Part shown: positions 31,669-48,768 of the stretch, piece after piece
Layout: each line of letters begins with the position of its first letter
How positions within the stretch are numbered: the stretch's first letter is position 1
Assembly (NCBI RefSeq): GCF_009914755.1
Contig: NC_060934.1
Reading direction: 5' to 3' (one strand)
Origin: the human T2T-CHM13v2.0 reference genome, Homo sapiens
Length of the DNA: 64,000 nucleotides
The notes under the pieces: generated by a model
Database searches by the model: none
Told to the model about the DNA's origin: nothing
Seen by the model: the letters and a program-made list of their open reading frames with translations, nothing else
Translations under genes and position numbers: made by a program

Positions 31669-32529
31669 GTGTTCTCCTTTCTTATCACTGAGATCAGCTG
31701 TGTTGCCATATAGGACTCAGTTCCAGGGCAGGACCCTTTGCTTCCTCCTGGAAGCCCCTGTCTGTCTGCTGGCTCATGCAAGGCCTCCGCCAGGGGCTGG
31801 TCTGGATGCAGCACTCCCAGCAGCAGCCTGGACCCTGGCTGGGTGCACTGGGGCTCTCAGGCACAGACTGTCCAATCTTCCAGGCCAACTGAGGCTCCGG
31901 ATTTTCTTTTTTCATCAATAGAGGTTAAGGATGTGTCCAGGGTCACACAGCTATAGCCAGTCAGAACCAGGTCAGAATTGGGTGTTCTTTTCAGTGTACT
32001 CCACCACCTCCCCATATGGGTGACTGGATGGAGTGGGCTGAAATGGGCTCTCTGGCAAGGTAATGAGCTCCCCATCCCTGAGTGTGCAAGAAGAAGATGG
32101 ATATCCCTTCATAATCCCCCTGGAACTGTGACACAGGAGATTTTGGCATAAGGTATTTCCAGCTAAGGGCAGTGCTCAGCGACATTTGATGTCTGAGTCA
32201 CTGACGACCTTTGCTCTTCAGATTTCCAGCTTGTTGGCTGCTTCATGGGCTGGGCCCAAGGGGCTCAGTTACTGACACCATCAGGAAAGGGCTCTCAGGG
32301 AAACATGCTGAAAGCTATTTCCATTTATTTGTATTTGCTGCCTTTGACTTTGGACAGTAGCTCAGCTCCTGGGAGATCTGTGGGGGATGTATGTGTTGAG
32401 AGTTCTGGGGGTGAGCTGAAGGCCCCGGATCCTTGAACTAGACCCTGCAGAAAGCGATGGATTCAGCCAAGGCCAGGGTTCTGCCTAGGGGCTGATGGGA
32501 GCGTGGCATCCTGGGACGCTTCCCCAGAG

Positions 32530-32548
32530 TGGCCACTAGAGGGGGCCC
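32530..32548 (+). promoter_or_regulatory. Candidate CTCF site
   Basis: TGGCCACTAGAGGGGGCCC vs consensus CCASYAGRKGGCRS (one mismatch). Confidence 0.5.
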
Positions 32549-32942
32549 GCTCTCAGCTGCACTCTAGAAGTGATACCTGGAGGGCATCCCTAGGTTGGCC
32601 CATGGTGGAGCAGGTGGGATGTCAAGCTGGTCCAGGGTAATAATGTCTTTCAAACTTGTTAATTGAAATCTTACATGGGGTCCCACATTCCAGGGACAGT
32701 TAGCAGGGAAAACTTTGGGGTGGAGGGGAAGGAGCAGCGTAGAGAGAGGAAATCTGTCCATTTGTACACAGACTTCTGCTCAGCCCCTCTCCGCCCCCAT
32801 GTTCTTGGCACTGGGCTAGGAGGGAAGCCATGGACCAGACTCGAGGGGGAGTGGAGAGCAACATGATGGTCGGGGAAGAGAGAAGGTGCACAGCAGCTGT
32901 GTGTGCACAGCCGTGCGTGGGTGCCTGGATGAGCCTCTGTCA

Positions 32943-33252
<310 letters not shown>

Positions 33253-33990
33253 GCACAGTGTCGCCATTAACAGTCATGTACAAAAATGCAGGAGAAAGCG
33301 TCTAACACTTAGTGAACAACTCATGTTAAACAGTACAGTAGGACCGCATTTTCAAAAATGTGTGTATACATACAAAATGTTAATGTACTATTAATGGTGC
33401 TGAATTCGGCTGTGGAATCCAAATGATTTTTATTGTTAAGAATTTTTGCCTCTGAATTTGTGCCTGTAAATGCATTGCGTTTGTAAAAGGAAAATAAATT
33501 AACAACAAGTGTTTGTTTTTCAAGCATGAGAGAGGGCCCACACCTGGCTCAGGAATGCAGCCTCGGCCTCTGGCTCCTGAGGCCCCTGCAACAGTTGTTA
33601 GAGGCCTGCTTCCGGTCTCATGCTGCCCCTGAGCGTCTAGGGATGGTGGGCAGACCCTGAACTGGGTTCCTAACCCCCCTGTCTAAGACATGCCAGTGTC
33701 TTCAGCCCCTTGTCGCCTACATTCTTCTCCCACTGGTTCTCTCATTGTGCACGTCCCTCCCTACCTCCTGATCTCCAGAAGAGCTAGGCTGAGAGGTGAG
33801 CACCAGTGGACTCCTTTGGGCCCCACCTCAAATCCTGTCTGCAGCACCAGCTGCTGCTGCTGCTACTAAACACCAAAAGCCTGACAATCAGCTGCTTCTC
33901 CAACCCGGTGGCAGTTGCTGGGATCAGTTGTATACTACCATGAAACCCTGTCGTCTCACTCTCAAACCCAAAATCCAAGGCACAACCAAG

Positions 33991-34134
33991 AGACATCGCT
34001 CTAAGCTGAAGTGCACCTCTGGAAGCTACTAGAACAGCCAAAGATGCTCTTAACACACGTGCATACATGGATGCAATTGCAAATGAGGACATAGGTGGGT
34101 ACAAACACCAGGGCCATGTTCGTACTCAAACACA
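33991..34134 (+). repeat. Dispersed direct repeat A, copy 1
   Basis: ~85-90% identical by hand alignment to 36470-36616. Confidence 0.9.
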
Positions 34135-34752
34135 GAAGCAGACACACACACCTATGCATACATAATCACATGTGCACACTTATGCATGTGGCACTCAAGC
34201 AGGTACACAGGCAGAGTGGTGGTTATGGACTAGGACATCCAATTACCCAATTCCAGAGATGTTTATTGAGCACTTTCTAAAGTCCAAGTTTGGTTGCTGG
34301 GCTCTGGGGATGCAGAGATGGGTAAGCCACTCACAGAACATTCCACAGCGATCGGCTTCTGTGCAAAGCAGAATATGGTGTTGGGAGGAGTAGAATCACA
34401 GGATTTGAGGGCTGAGGCGGGAGATAAATTCAGGGGTACCTCCCATTTATAGAGTGTTTCGTAGTTTCTAGATCACAGCCACAGGAGGCAGCGCAGCTAC
34501 TTTCCCGTTTTACTTTAGGATGTATGTGACCTAGGAGAGGCTGGCCTTGGGTCTTAAAAGCTGTACTGCCTCCTGGTTCCTATTACTGTAACTAGGGATT
34601 TCTGTGATCCCTGGGGTGGTGGTCCAGGCCTTTGATGGACCCGTGGTGACCCATGTGACTCTGACCCACATGGCCTCCACCTCCCCATCCCCTAGTTTGG
34701 GTCATGGGCTTCACAGGCCACGTCGCTGAGGACACTGTAAGATTGCACTTAG

Positions 34753-35145
<393 letters not shown>

Positions 35146-35499
35146 TTAGCTCCCAGAGAGAGCAGCATTAAAAATCATCATCAGCAAAGTACTTCATTAG
35201 GCATAGCTTTTAATAATGCGGAATGCTCAATTTTTATTGAAATATGTTTGTCAAAACACAGATAGAAAATGCTAGAAATAGAGCACCCCAGAATGCCAGA
35301 GCTGGGAGGCATCTGAGAAGCTTCTAGTCTAATCTTCTCCTTTGACAGATGAAGCCTGAAGATTTGGGGGTTGGTTCTCACTGAGGCTGTGCCCTGGGTT
35401 GCCCCAGGTGCTGTGAGGAACAGGAATGGAGGCACATGGCACCCACACTGGTCTCTGAGATGCCATCACTCACAGCTTCTCCCCATCAGCCAGGGCCTT

Positions 35500-35640
35500 G
35501 GACACAGCCCCAGCCTGAGTTGAAACCTGGCCCTGGAACAGGAAGTGCTTGGAAGCTTCCCTGCCGTTGCCGTGGTGCTCACAACCACCCAGGAAACCAA
35601 GGCAAGCTCCCCCTGTCAAAGCACCTTGGCCCATAAGAAG
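35500..35640 (+). promoter_or_regulatory. Putative BTBD16 proximal promoter (non-CpG-island)
   Basis: ETS-like ACAGGAAGTG 35538-35547; RFX half-site GTTGCC 35566-35571; directly 5' of exon 1. Confidence 0.45.
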
Positions 35641-35799
35641 AAAAGGGGGAGCCCCAGATGTGATGAGCGCTTCCAGGCTTCAGGCTCAGAAGGCGCCCCC
35701 AGCTCTCCTGTAACTCAGAGGCCAGTGTGATGGGAGTTCCTCCACTCAGCACACTTCCCCTGTAAACACGCCTGTGGTGGGCAAAAGGGCTTTGGAACG
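35590..35799 (+). other. BTBD16: BTBD16 non-coding exon 1 (5' boundary approximate)
   Basis: strong donor ACG|gtaagt at 35800, upstream of the ATG exon; the TSS cannot be fixed from sequence. Confidence 0.7.
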
Positions 35800-36469
35800 G
35801 TAAGTACAATGGGTATTTTTCAGCCACTTCAGAGACCAAGAAATGTGTCCTAGTGACAGGTGCTGTCTTAGCACCTGTCTAGACCCAGTGTTAGACTTGG
35901 GTGCCTCTGGTCTACTTGGCAGGGAGGGAGTTTAGGGAATCAGGAGGGGTCTGGGAGCTGAGAGACCATTGTAGGTAGCTCCTGCCCGCCCACAGGGACC
36001 TTGGCACAGGCTCTCAAAACACACGAAGGGGCAGATTGCCTGGTGGGATGAAAAAAGAACACATTTCCAGGCCATTGAGATGTCTCTGGATTTCAAGATC
36101 AGCTAAAAAAGTTCTTAGATATTGATCTAAGAAAGCAGGAGCTTTGGGTAGCTGAGTGCAAACCCCAGCCTCCCTCTCTCTGTAACTGAAGCGGTGCTCT
36201 GTGGGCATAGCGAGTCCCGTGTGGGGTTTATTCTGTGCTGACCAGGTCTGCTTTAGAATGGAACCCTCTTCTCTCTTCTCAGATTCCTTAAGGCCACGTT
36301 GAGGATTTGGGGGTCTATGTCTAGGGCAGTGGGAAGCTGGTGAAGGGCTTTAAGCTGAGGAGTTCATCATCCTGGCTCCTGTGAGGTAAAGGGATCAGAA
36401 AAGCATGTATGTGTTACCTGAGGTGGGAGAAGCCTCACGCAAGGTGGAAACTCAGCCATCAAGGAAAAC

Positions 36470-36925
<456 letters not shown>

Positions 36926-36961
36926 CCAGATATGTTTTCAAATTAGAGACTGGCAAAGGAA

Positions 36962-36994
<33 letters not shown>

Positions 36995-36999
36995 ACATA

Positions 37000-38150
<1,151 letters not shown>

Positions 38151-38895
38151 AAGGCAATTAAAAGGCAAAGAAAAACCTGTCTGCCCAAGTGGAATGGAAA
38201 TTCTATGAGGCAAGGATCGTGTGCATTTTGCTCACTGCTGTCTCTCAGAAACGGCTAACGCCTCTCTCCATATGGCGACTGCACAGGAGATGCTTGTTGG
38301 TGAATGGATGAACATAGCCATGGCTGTGATGCAGGTGAAGTGCTGTTTGGGGAGCAAAGGGAGGTCAGCTGAGGTTCTTGGTCATCAAGTGCCGTGGCTT
38401 CTGCTGGTTTCACCAGCTCACCCACTTCTCCTCTTCTCTGATGTTGCTCTGGGGAACTACCCAGTCCCCAGTGCACGTTCTTGTTGGGAGAATTAGTCAA
38501 GGTGTCTGCCCTCAGGGGCCAAAGAGTGGGCCCCTGAGCTAAGCCAGGCCAGTTGGGGCCTCTTGCTGAGAATCTGGATTGAAAAGAACCCTGCATAGAT
38601 GGACTGTGGGAGAGCCGACTCATGCTGGAGGCAGCGCCTGACAACAACAGCCACCAACTCCTGGTGCGTGCCACCCAGGTCCCTGCAGCTGCTTCCTGTT
38701 CTTTCCCGGAGAGTTCTCCAGTTTCCTTTTGAGTCTATGAGACCCTCCTCTCATCACCATCCTTCCAATCAATCTTAACCTCCCCGCAACCCCATAATCA
38801 AATGGGTTTCTGTTGCTTGTAACCCAACAGCCCTGATAATGTTCAGAGATAACTGGAAAGTCCTTGCACTCTTCCTCTTTCATGACCCTGTAAGC

Positions 38896-39018
38896 TAGGG
38901 TGACCATCAGTCTACAGAGCTCCAGGGCAGCCCTGGCCTACAGCCATTGTCCAGGCCTAATTATTAATATCATCCCTTTAGTCTCCTCGTCTGAATGATC
39001 AATTATGTGATCAGCCTA
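38896..39018 (-). mobile_element. MER94-like hAT-Blackjack DNA transposon (MITE)
   Basis: TIRs tagggtgacca ... tgatcagccta; internal taattattaat; degenerate 8-bp TSD ctgtaagc/cttatagc. Confidence 0.75.
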
Positions 39019-39366
39019 CTTATAGCTATCTTTTGGTCTTCCTCACTTTGGCAAAGGATTATCTTCTGTTTTGCTTTATCTGAGCCACTTTCCCAGAACA
39101 ACAGCAGAGATCTCTCTATTCACCTGCTTACAAAAAAAAACAAAAAACAAAACCAAACAAAAAACCCCAGCAACAACAAGATATTCTCTTGATTGATAAA
39201 TAACCCACATTCGAGGCTTATTCATTATTGTTCCTGTGGCAAAGTATAGATTCTTTAGGCCAATCTCCTCCATAATATTTTGAAAAGTATGGAAAATTTC
39301 ACCTTTACCTCTTTTGTCTTCTAGGTTGCTTGTCTTTTCTCTCCTGCGTAATTTCCACTTTCATTC

Positions 39367-39384
39367 ATGATAATGTCGAACACG
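39367..39384 (+). CDS. BTBD16: BTBD16 exon 2 coding part (MIMSNT); exon spans 39325-39384
   Basis: ttctag|G acceptor at 39324, ATG 39367, ACG|gtgagt donor; matches the BTBD16 N-terminus as I recall it. Confidence 0.9.
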
Positions 39385-40124
39385 GTGAGTAGATCAGTTT
39401 CTCAAGAAGGTAGGTGATGAGAAGAAGCATTTGCTTATGGTCATTTTGACAAATTTCCACAAGGGGCTGGGTCCTGCACCACCGAGGACCTCAAGCATTA
39501 TTGGCTGACTCGGCTGGAAAGAGCGCGTCCAGGCAGCACCGTCCAGAGGGCAGAGAGCAGGCTTGTGGTCTGAGCTGACGATGTTTTACTTTGACGTTTT
39601 ACGTGACAGCCGGACTACATCTAGACTCAGATTCCACAGTTTTTAATCACCCACCATCTTCTAGGCACTATACTAAGGCATATTTCCCAAACTTTATCCT
39701 ACTTTATACTTTTTACAGCATTGGAAACAAGATGATATCCCCACAATCCCCACCATCGCCATCCTCACTGTCGTTGTCACGATAACCATTACCGTCACCG
39801 CCACCACCCATTATTTCCATTTTACACATGAGAACTGAGAGCCTCAGAATGTTAAGTAACTTGCTCAAGGTCACACAACTAGAAAGTAAAATTTGAACTC
39901 ATATGCTCTAGTCCGTGGCCCATGGTCTCGTCACCTCTCCATTGGTGCCCTGGGTGGCTTGGGATCAATGACATCCATTCCTGTGGGTCCCTCCTCGTGC
40001 TTTTTTCCTTGCTAGGTTGCTTTGAGCCTTCAGTCTAAGGTTTACATCCATGCTGGGTATCGTCCTTCTTTTTTATGTAAATTGCTGAATTTCCCCTGGA
40101 GCCTCAAGAAAATGTCTAAGACTG

Positions 40125-40680
40125 AGCAGTTCTGCTCCTGGGCACATAACCAAAAGAATAAAAAGACAGGTGTTCAAAAAAAAACTTGCCCATGAATATT
40201 CACAGCACTCTTCACAATAGCCAAAAGGTATAAAAAACCCAAGTGTCCATCAACTGATGAAGGAATAAGCAAAATGTGGAATATTTACACAGTGGAATAT
40301 TATTCAGCCTTAAAAGAATGAAGTACCAATACATGGATGAACCTTGAAAACATTATGTTATGTGAAAGATGCCATCCACAAAAGGCCACATATTGTGTGA
40401 TTCCACTTGTATGCAATACCCAGAACAGGTGAAAACATAAAGTCAGAACATAGGGGCTAATCTGAGAAAGCAGGTTAGTGGTTGTCCCGGGCTGGGGACA
40501 TGGGAACAGGGAGTGACAATTTAATGGGTATGGAATTTCTTTGGGGGATAATGAAAATGTTCTGGAATTAGGTAGTGGTATTGGTTGCATAACGTTGTAA
40601 ATGTTCTAAATGCCACCAAATTGTACACTGTAAAATAGATACAATTTTATGTTTTGTATATTTTACCACCATTAAAAAAA
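40125..40680 (+). mobile_element. L1MB-like 3' end
   Basis: cacaatagccaaaagg...aagtgtccatcaactgatgaa...ttttaccacc + A-tail. Confidence 0.82.
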
Positions 40681-40946
40681 TTCCTTGCCCAAGATCTCCA
40701 CAGTTTAATATCTCTTTGTATGACAAGTTAGGATACGTACTCAAAGGACAGTACTTAAAGCCTAATACTATCCCTGCCTGTGGATTCTTCAGAGAGCTAC
40801 CTGCAAAAAACAGTCTTTCTCCTTGACCTCTTACCCTCTGACACCTCTTGTCCTAGATCCTAAATTCCAAATTACTTTGTAGCTTGAGATCCTTGGTCTA
40901 TGGAATACAGCGTCTTTGCCTTGAGTTGTCTTGTGAGAAATATTAG

Positions 40947-41285
<339 letters not shown>

Positions 41286-41710
41286 TGATGACCGGGCCAC
41301 TCTGATTGGCTGGAGTGGCTGTCAAGGGCACATCTGCAAGGAAGGCTCCCTCTGGAGCCAGCTCTCAGGCATGGACAGGGTCATAAGTAACTACTACCTC
41401 TGAGAATGTGGGTGGTTACAAAAGTGCAGAGAAAGATTGAATTTTTTTTTTTTTTTTTACAATTTTTCTTCCCAGTGGGAACTTTGAACCCAAACAGGAT
41501 TCTGAGTTTATTATCCAGGGACCAACTGATTTTTTGACAAACAAAACTTAGTTAGTCCTGGCTCAGTGTTTAGACAGCTTGTAAATGTCCATTTTCACCC
41601 AATGAATTGATCCTCTCTCAATCTCATGGCATTCCGAGCAGTAGGCTAGACCCACTTCTCCATGTGATGAGTTCTCTCTTGCCTCTCCTGGAAACACAGA
41701 GCTGGACCCT

Positions 41711-42140
41711 TGCCTTAGTCTGTTTGTGTTGCTATAAGGAAATACCTAAGGATCAGAAATTTATAAAGAAAAAAGGTTTATTTGGCTCAAGGTTCTGCAG
41801 GCTGTACAAGAAGCATGGCGCCAGCATCTGCTCAGCTTCTGGTGAGGGCCTCAGTCTGCTTGTACTCATGGTGGAAGGCAAAGAGGAGCCGAGTGTGCAG
41901 AGATCACATGGCAAGCGAGGAAGCAAGAGAGAGGAGAGAGGGGAGGTCCCAGGCTCTTGTTGACAACCGGCTCTTGTGGGAACTAAGAGAGTAAGAACCC
42001 ACCCCTGAGGGATGGTATTAATCTATTCATGAGGGATCTGCCCTTATGACCAAAATGCCTCCCATTAGGCCCCACCTCCAACATTGGGGATCAAATTTCT
42101 ACACGAGGTTTGGAGGAAACAAACATGTAATTTGTAGCAA
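41711..42140. mobile_element. MST-type MaLR LTR
   Basis: ttagtctgtttgtgttgctataaggaaatacc...cccattaggccccacctccaacattggggatcaaatttc. Confidence 0.85.
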
Positions 42141-43478
42141 CCCTATTGCAGAAGGTACACCTCATTTCCCTGGTGCCATGGACCTGGCTTGATGCCGTTA
42201 CCATCCTTAGGCTGGCAGCATCAGTCTTGTGAGCTCACAGCCAAATCAAAGTGAGCATGGACTGTACTCCTGGGACAGCACCTGGCACAGAAGAACTGCC
42301 TGCTCAATCTTTCTTCAGCGAGTAGCCAAATCTTCCCTCTCTAGAGCCACTGGCCAACACTTTTCCATTGCCGAGTTCCTTAGTGCCAGGGCTCGGCCAG
42401 GGATGCAGGTGCTGGAGCTAGGCCTAGGAACAGAGGCAAAATGATCCCAAAAGCTGATGAGAGGGTCTGGGCAGCAAGAACTAAATCTCTGTGAGTCACT
42501 GAGCTAAACTGGAGGCAGTGGCCTGAGGGGTGGGGTGTTGAAATGGCATTTGGTGCTGGGCATTTGGACTGTTAAAAGCAGTCTATCAATGGGGCTGGAA
42601 TCTCCACTTCTTCACTTACTAATTCTGTGACCTTTAGTCAGTGGCTAACCCTCTTTGGGCCTCAGTTTCCTCATCTTTCAAATGGTTATAGAGCACCTTC
42701 TTCAAGATGAAGAGTCATCTTGAGGATTAAATGAAGCCATATATTGAAAATGCTTTGCACTGTTTCTGGCAAATAGTAGATGCTTAGTAAACAGAACTAT
42801 TTTCTTTATTGCCTGGGCAGCATTTTAGTAATTAATCCCGGTGATTTCATCTTGGGGTGTCTCAGCTCTGTGCTCTGCCAGTCAACACCCCCTTTATTTC
42901 ACTCTGCCTCCTTGCACCTTCCCCAGTTCCTTCCTCCAGGACAACACCTTCCTCCAGCACAACAGGGGCAGAGGAGCCGGTCTTCTGGGGAGAAGCTTTT
43001 ACACATCTGGCCCTCTCCTTTGTGATATTGGGAAGCTGCATGTCCAGAGGCAGCAGATACTCTCAGGTGTTCTGGGTATGTCTACTGCCACGCATCTGGT
43101 GCTCAGCTGATTCAGGATTGGTTCTGCCAGGGCACTTGGGCTCTGTTCCATGAGCCTCTTGTCCTCCTCCTGAGATAGTGGGCTAGCCTGGGCACATGCT
43201 TATCATGGTGACAGCAGAGGGCATGAGGGTAAGCCCAGGAGCTCATGTGTCTTTCAAATCTTCCACCATTTCACATTCACTAGGCCCCATGAACTGAGGC
43301 AAGTCACGTGGCCAAACTCCCAGTCAAGGGACAGAAAACACACTCCGTCTCCTTATGGAGAGAAACTTTGCAGTATGGAGGCAAAAGGTTTGGACAGAGG
43401 GAGGGATGAAGAATTGAAGTCACTGGTGCAGTCTACTGAGTATGGGAGAAACTGATGTTCTGTAATAAACACAAACTT

Positions 43479-43792
43479 GTCTGGGCATGGTGGCTCATAC
43501 TTGTCATCCTAGTGCTTTGGGAGGTCTAGGTGGGAGGATTGCTTGAGGCTAGGAATTTGAGACCAGCATGGGGCAACATGGTGAGACCCTGTCTTTACAA
43601 AAAATTTTAAAATTAGCCAGGTATGCTGGCGTGAACCTGTAGTACCAGCTGCTTGGGAGACTGAGGTGGGAGGATCACTTGAGCCAAGGAGATTGAGGCT
43701 GCATGCAGTGACCTATGATTGTGCCGTTTCACTCCAGCCTGGGAGACAGAGGGAGATTTGTCTCTAAAAATAAAAAAGAGACAGAGAAAGAG

Positions 43793-43839
<47 letters not shown>
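43479..43839 (+). mobile_element. AluJ followed by (CA)n microsatellite (~43795-43839)
   Basis: Alu consensus; long CA run. Confidence 0.88.
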
Positions 43840-43840
<1 letters not shown>

Positions 43841-44846
43841 CTTTTCTTTGTGTTCACAATAGGAATTTGTTCCATGTGATTGTGAGTAACTTCTTAGAAA
43901 GAATAAAGGGTGTGTATAACATGAAGGGCTTATTCCTGGTAATTCTTGTGAACCTTCAGGCATCAGGCAACTCTCAGGTGGCAAACTCCACTGTCAGTAG
44001 GGGCCTGGAATGTCCCATGCAACATACGTTATATCCCCCAAAGCACTACATGGCTGTTTCTGCCCCACCTGGCAAGCTGTGTTCATGTCATGGATGGTGT
44101 CATTGCTGCTTTTCCCACCTGGGGGTGCTGTCTGCTTGGACAGGAGCTGGACCAGTCTATTTCTTGAGTTACGGAAAGGGTCATTCATGATGGAAAGCTG
44201 AGGGAACAGGCTCCCAGCTTCTCGTCTATTTCGGGTATGTAATTGTGCCCAGCTGGCCAACACTTCCTTCTGCCGTGTCTGGGTTTTCATGACGCAGGGA
44301 GTTCCTGGTCAGCCACTCAGAGGTGCTGATCTTCAGGCTGCTGATCGTCTTACCTTGGTCCTTTTGCAGGCTCTGGGGCACCGAGTGTGGGAGAGGAGGC
44401 TGAGAGGAGGAAATGTTAACTTCCTTGCGAGTACCCTAATCTTTTTGTGCCTTAGTTTATGTGCAAATCACGGATACTGTCTTACAGGGTTGTGTGAGAA
44501 TTATATGACATGATTCATGTAAGGAGCTTAGAAAAGTGTCTGGCACATATACGCTCAATGCACATGTGTCAAGCATGTCCCTGGGGTCCACAGGCGTGTA
44601 TGGATGCGTGCTGTCATGGAAACCCAGAGATCCAGCACGGGAGGTGTGTCTCAGGCCAGACTGGGGAGGGGGCACCCCCACGAAGGCTCAGGGGGTTGTG
44701 GCCCTAGGAAAGACCCAGAGCCCTCCTTGTCCCCAGCTGGTGAGGCTGCCTAGTGGTTTTCTCCCTTTCTGCCCGCAATGCCAAGTCCATTCAAGGGTGG
44801 GAGGAGGTCATGCTTAAGAGGTAAGAATGGGAAGAAGGGACCCCTA

Positions 44847-44908
44847 TATTTTTATTTTATATTATATTATATTGTATTATATTATATTATTTTATTTTAT
44901 TTATTTTT
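44847..44908. repeat. (ATATT/ATTTT)n simple repeat
   Basis: direct reading. Confidence 0.85.
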
Positions 44909-44954
44909 AACCAGAGAGTAGTTCTGGGATAGTGGGACTAGAGAACAATGACCC

Positions 44955-45906
<952 letters not shown>

Positions 45907-47089
45907 GAGACAATGAAAGAGAGAATGCTAACTGAAGGCATGTCCGTGCAAGTTATTCCAAACATTCACTCTTTCACTCCTCCCTTCCTCTGGGACCAAG
46001 AAGCAGAAAATGGAAGGACTGGGGTCCAGCCCCAGGTCTATGTAACTCTTCCTAGTTAATCAAATTGGCATTTTGCCCTTTGGATAGTTTGCTCCAGGAA
46101 GTCCGTATGTCCATGAGAAACTTACTTCCTCTTCTTCCCCTTCTGCCTTTCTCCATCATGGTCATGACTTGGGGGCGTGAGCTCCAGCCTAACAGCACGT
46201 TCCCAGCATCCCCGCACCAGGCATTGCAATGGGACCACTGAGTCCCAAACAGTGAGACAACTCACAGATGCCATGTGTTCCGTTCACTTTTCCAGTGATC
46301 CTAAAATGAACCACAGCCCTTGGGAACAGCAGAGCCTACATGACGAATGGTATATCTTGACAAGCAGCCCTCACACCCAGGAGAAGGCAGTGTGCTCACC
46401 TCTGTTTCCCGGCATCCCTTGGCTCAGCCGATGACACTGATGTTTGTGAGGGTAGTTGAGTTCATGGACCTTGTGCCATATTTTCCAAAGTCTGTGGCTC
46501 CATTTTGGGATCACGGTCTGAACTCTTGACTCTGGCCAGCTCTTTCCAGACGTGTCACCCAAGCCACGAGGGGGATCGAGGGAGGAAGCGAGGGTGGCTT
46601 GGGTCAGATCTCCACTGCTCCTGTTGAATAAGCAAGTCCAGCTCCCACTGCCTGCCTTAGGCTGAGTCATTGGCAGCCATCCTCCCCCCTTGGAAAGGGC
46701 AGCACGTAGTTGGCAATATTCTGGACACGGGCTCCCACCCATGCTTCCTGCATGCACCCTGACCCATGGGGTCTCCTGGGATTGTTGGAGACAGCGTGGT
46801 GAAGTTGACACTGCATGACACAGAGCAGCTGTGGTCACAAATGTCTCTTGGCTGGCTGGCTTTCTGGGATGACTGTCTTTAAGCTGCGAATATGTGACTC
46901 AAATTTTGTTTCACTTCCTGGCTTAACACGATGAGTCCATGGTGTTTATCTATGTGGTCATGGATTCATTAATGAATATTGCTGAGCACCTGCATGATGG
47001 CTTGTGCCAGGGTCATAGCAGTAAACACATGCCGTATCTGTCTTGCAGAGGATACACAAGTAAACAGGCAGCCACAAGACACTCCAGAA

Positions 47090-47750
47090 GGAGTTTTAAG
47101 GGGAAAATCCCAGGACGGGCAGGGGTAAAGCCACTGGCCCAGCATCCCCAGAGAAAGCGGCAATGAAGTTTATTCTGAAGAATGAGTAGGAGCTTAGCAA
47201 GGGGAAAGGCGAGGAGGAGAGCATTTGGGAGAGGGAGCAGTGCATGCAAGAGATGAAAGCAGCAGTTGGCAGGTCCAGGTGCAGGCTGCTGAGAAGGGCT
47301 GGAGTGGGGACCGTTGAGGGACCAGGCTGCAGAAATATGCAGGAGCTGGTTAGCCGTGCTAAGGAGTTTGGGCTTTCCCCCAAGAGCAATGGGGAAACAC
47401 TGGAGGATTCTCAGCAGGAGAGAGACAAGACCAAATTTGCATTTTGTGGGAGGCAGGCCTCCGAGCAGAGCAGGGCCGGAGGCTGGGAGACTTTGGCAGT
47501 GACTGGAGGGAGATCACAGGGGCTTAGACGAAGGCTGTAGCAAGAACAGCAAAGAGAGATGGACAAATTCGAAAGATCTAGGCAAGTGATGAGATGTAAC
47601 AACACTCAGCATGCTGGCTTGGGCAACTGCAGGCTGGTGGTGCCATTTCCTGAAATGAGAATCCGAGTGAGCAGGGTAGGATTTGGGGTAGATGCTAGGT
47701 TTAGTTTTTGGACACACTGAGAATGGGACCTGTATGACCTCTAAAGAAAA
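47090..47750 (-). mobile_element. L2 fragment (representative; others near 5300-5580, 10960-11500, 59500-60030, 61170-61560)
   Basis: L2-type aaggagtttgggcttt...gcaatggggaa...ttttggacac motifs. Confidence 0.6.
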
Positions 47751-48082
47751 TTGTTGGTGAGTTCACATCCCAGAAATGAGCAGAACCCTCTATTCTTTTC
47801 TCCCAGCAGATATTTACTGAGTGTCTACTATATGCTAGATAATGTTTTAGACACTGAATAAGGTGTCATTCAGGCAGCCAATTATGGCCTGAAATATCTC
47901 CTCGGTAAGGCCTACCCACAAACTGAACACAGCAATCACATTATGAGCCAGCTATCAGAAAGCCTACAGTTTTTCAGATCGGCAAATGGTGACCTGAGGA
48001 AACTCTTCCAAAGGGCGAGATATGATTAGCTTGATCAATGGGTGCTTTAAGGACATTTATGCTAGAATAATGCATGTTGTAG

Positions 48083-48235
<153 letters not shown>

Positions 48236-48473
48236 TAAGCCAGAATGTTGCTGATTTCAGGGGCATCTTGTGGTCTTTATGGAAGGAGACCAGTCCATAA
48301 ACCAGGGCGCTAGTGTATAAGTTGCAATTCTCATCCACTTCCCAGCGTCTAAGAAATAATAGGTGCCCGGTAAATATTTGTCAAATGTGCAGTGAGTGAA
48401 GTCAAGCTTGGTAAACACATTTTCATATGCTCCTCGCCATGATAAAGACAAATGTGTTGATGTCAATAAATAG

Positions 48474-48768
<295 letters not shown>

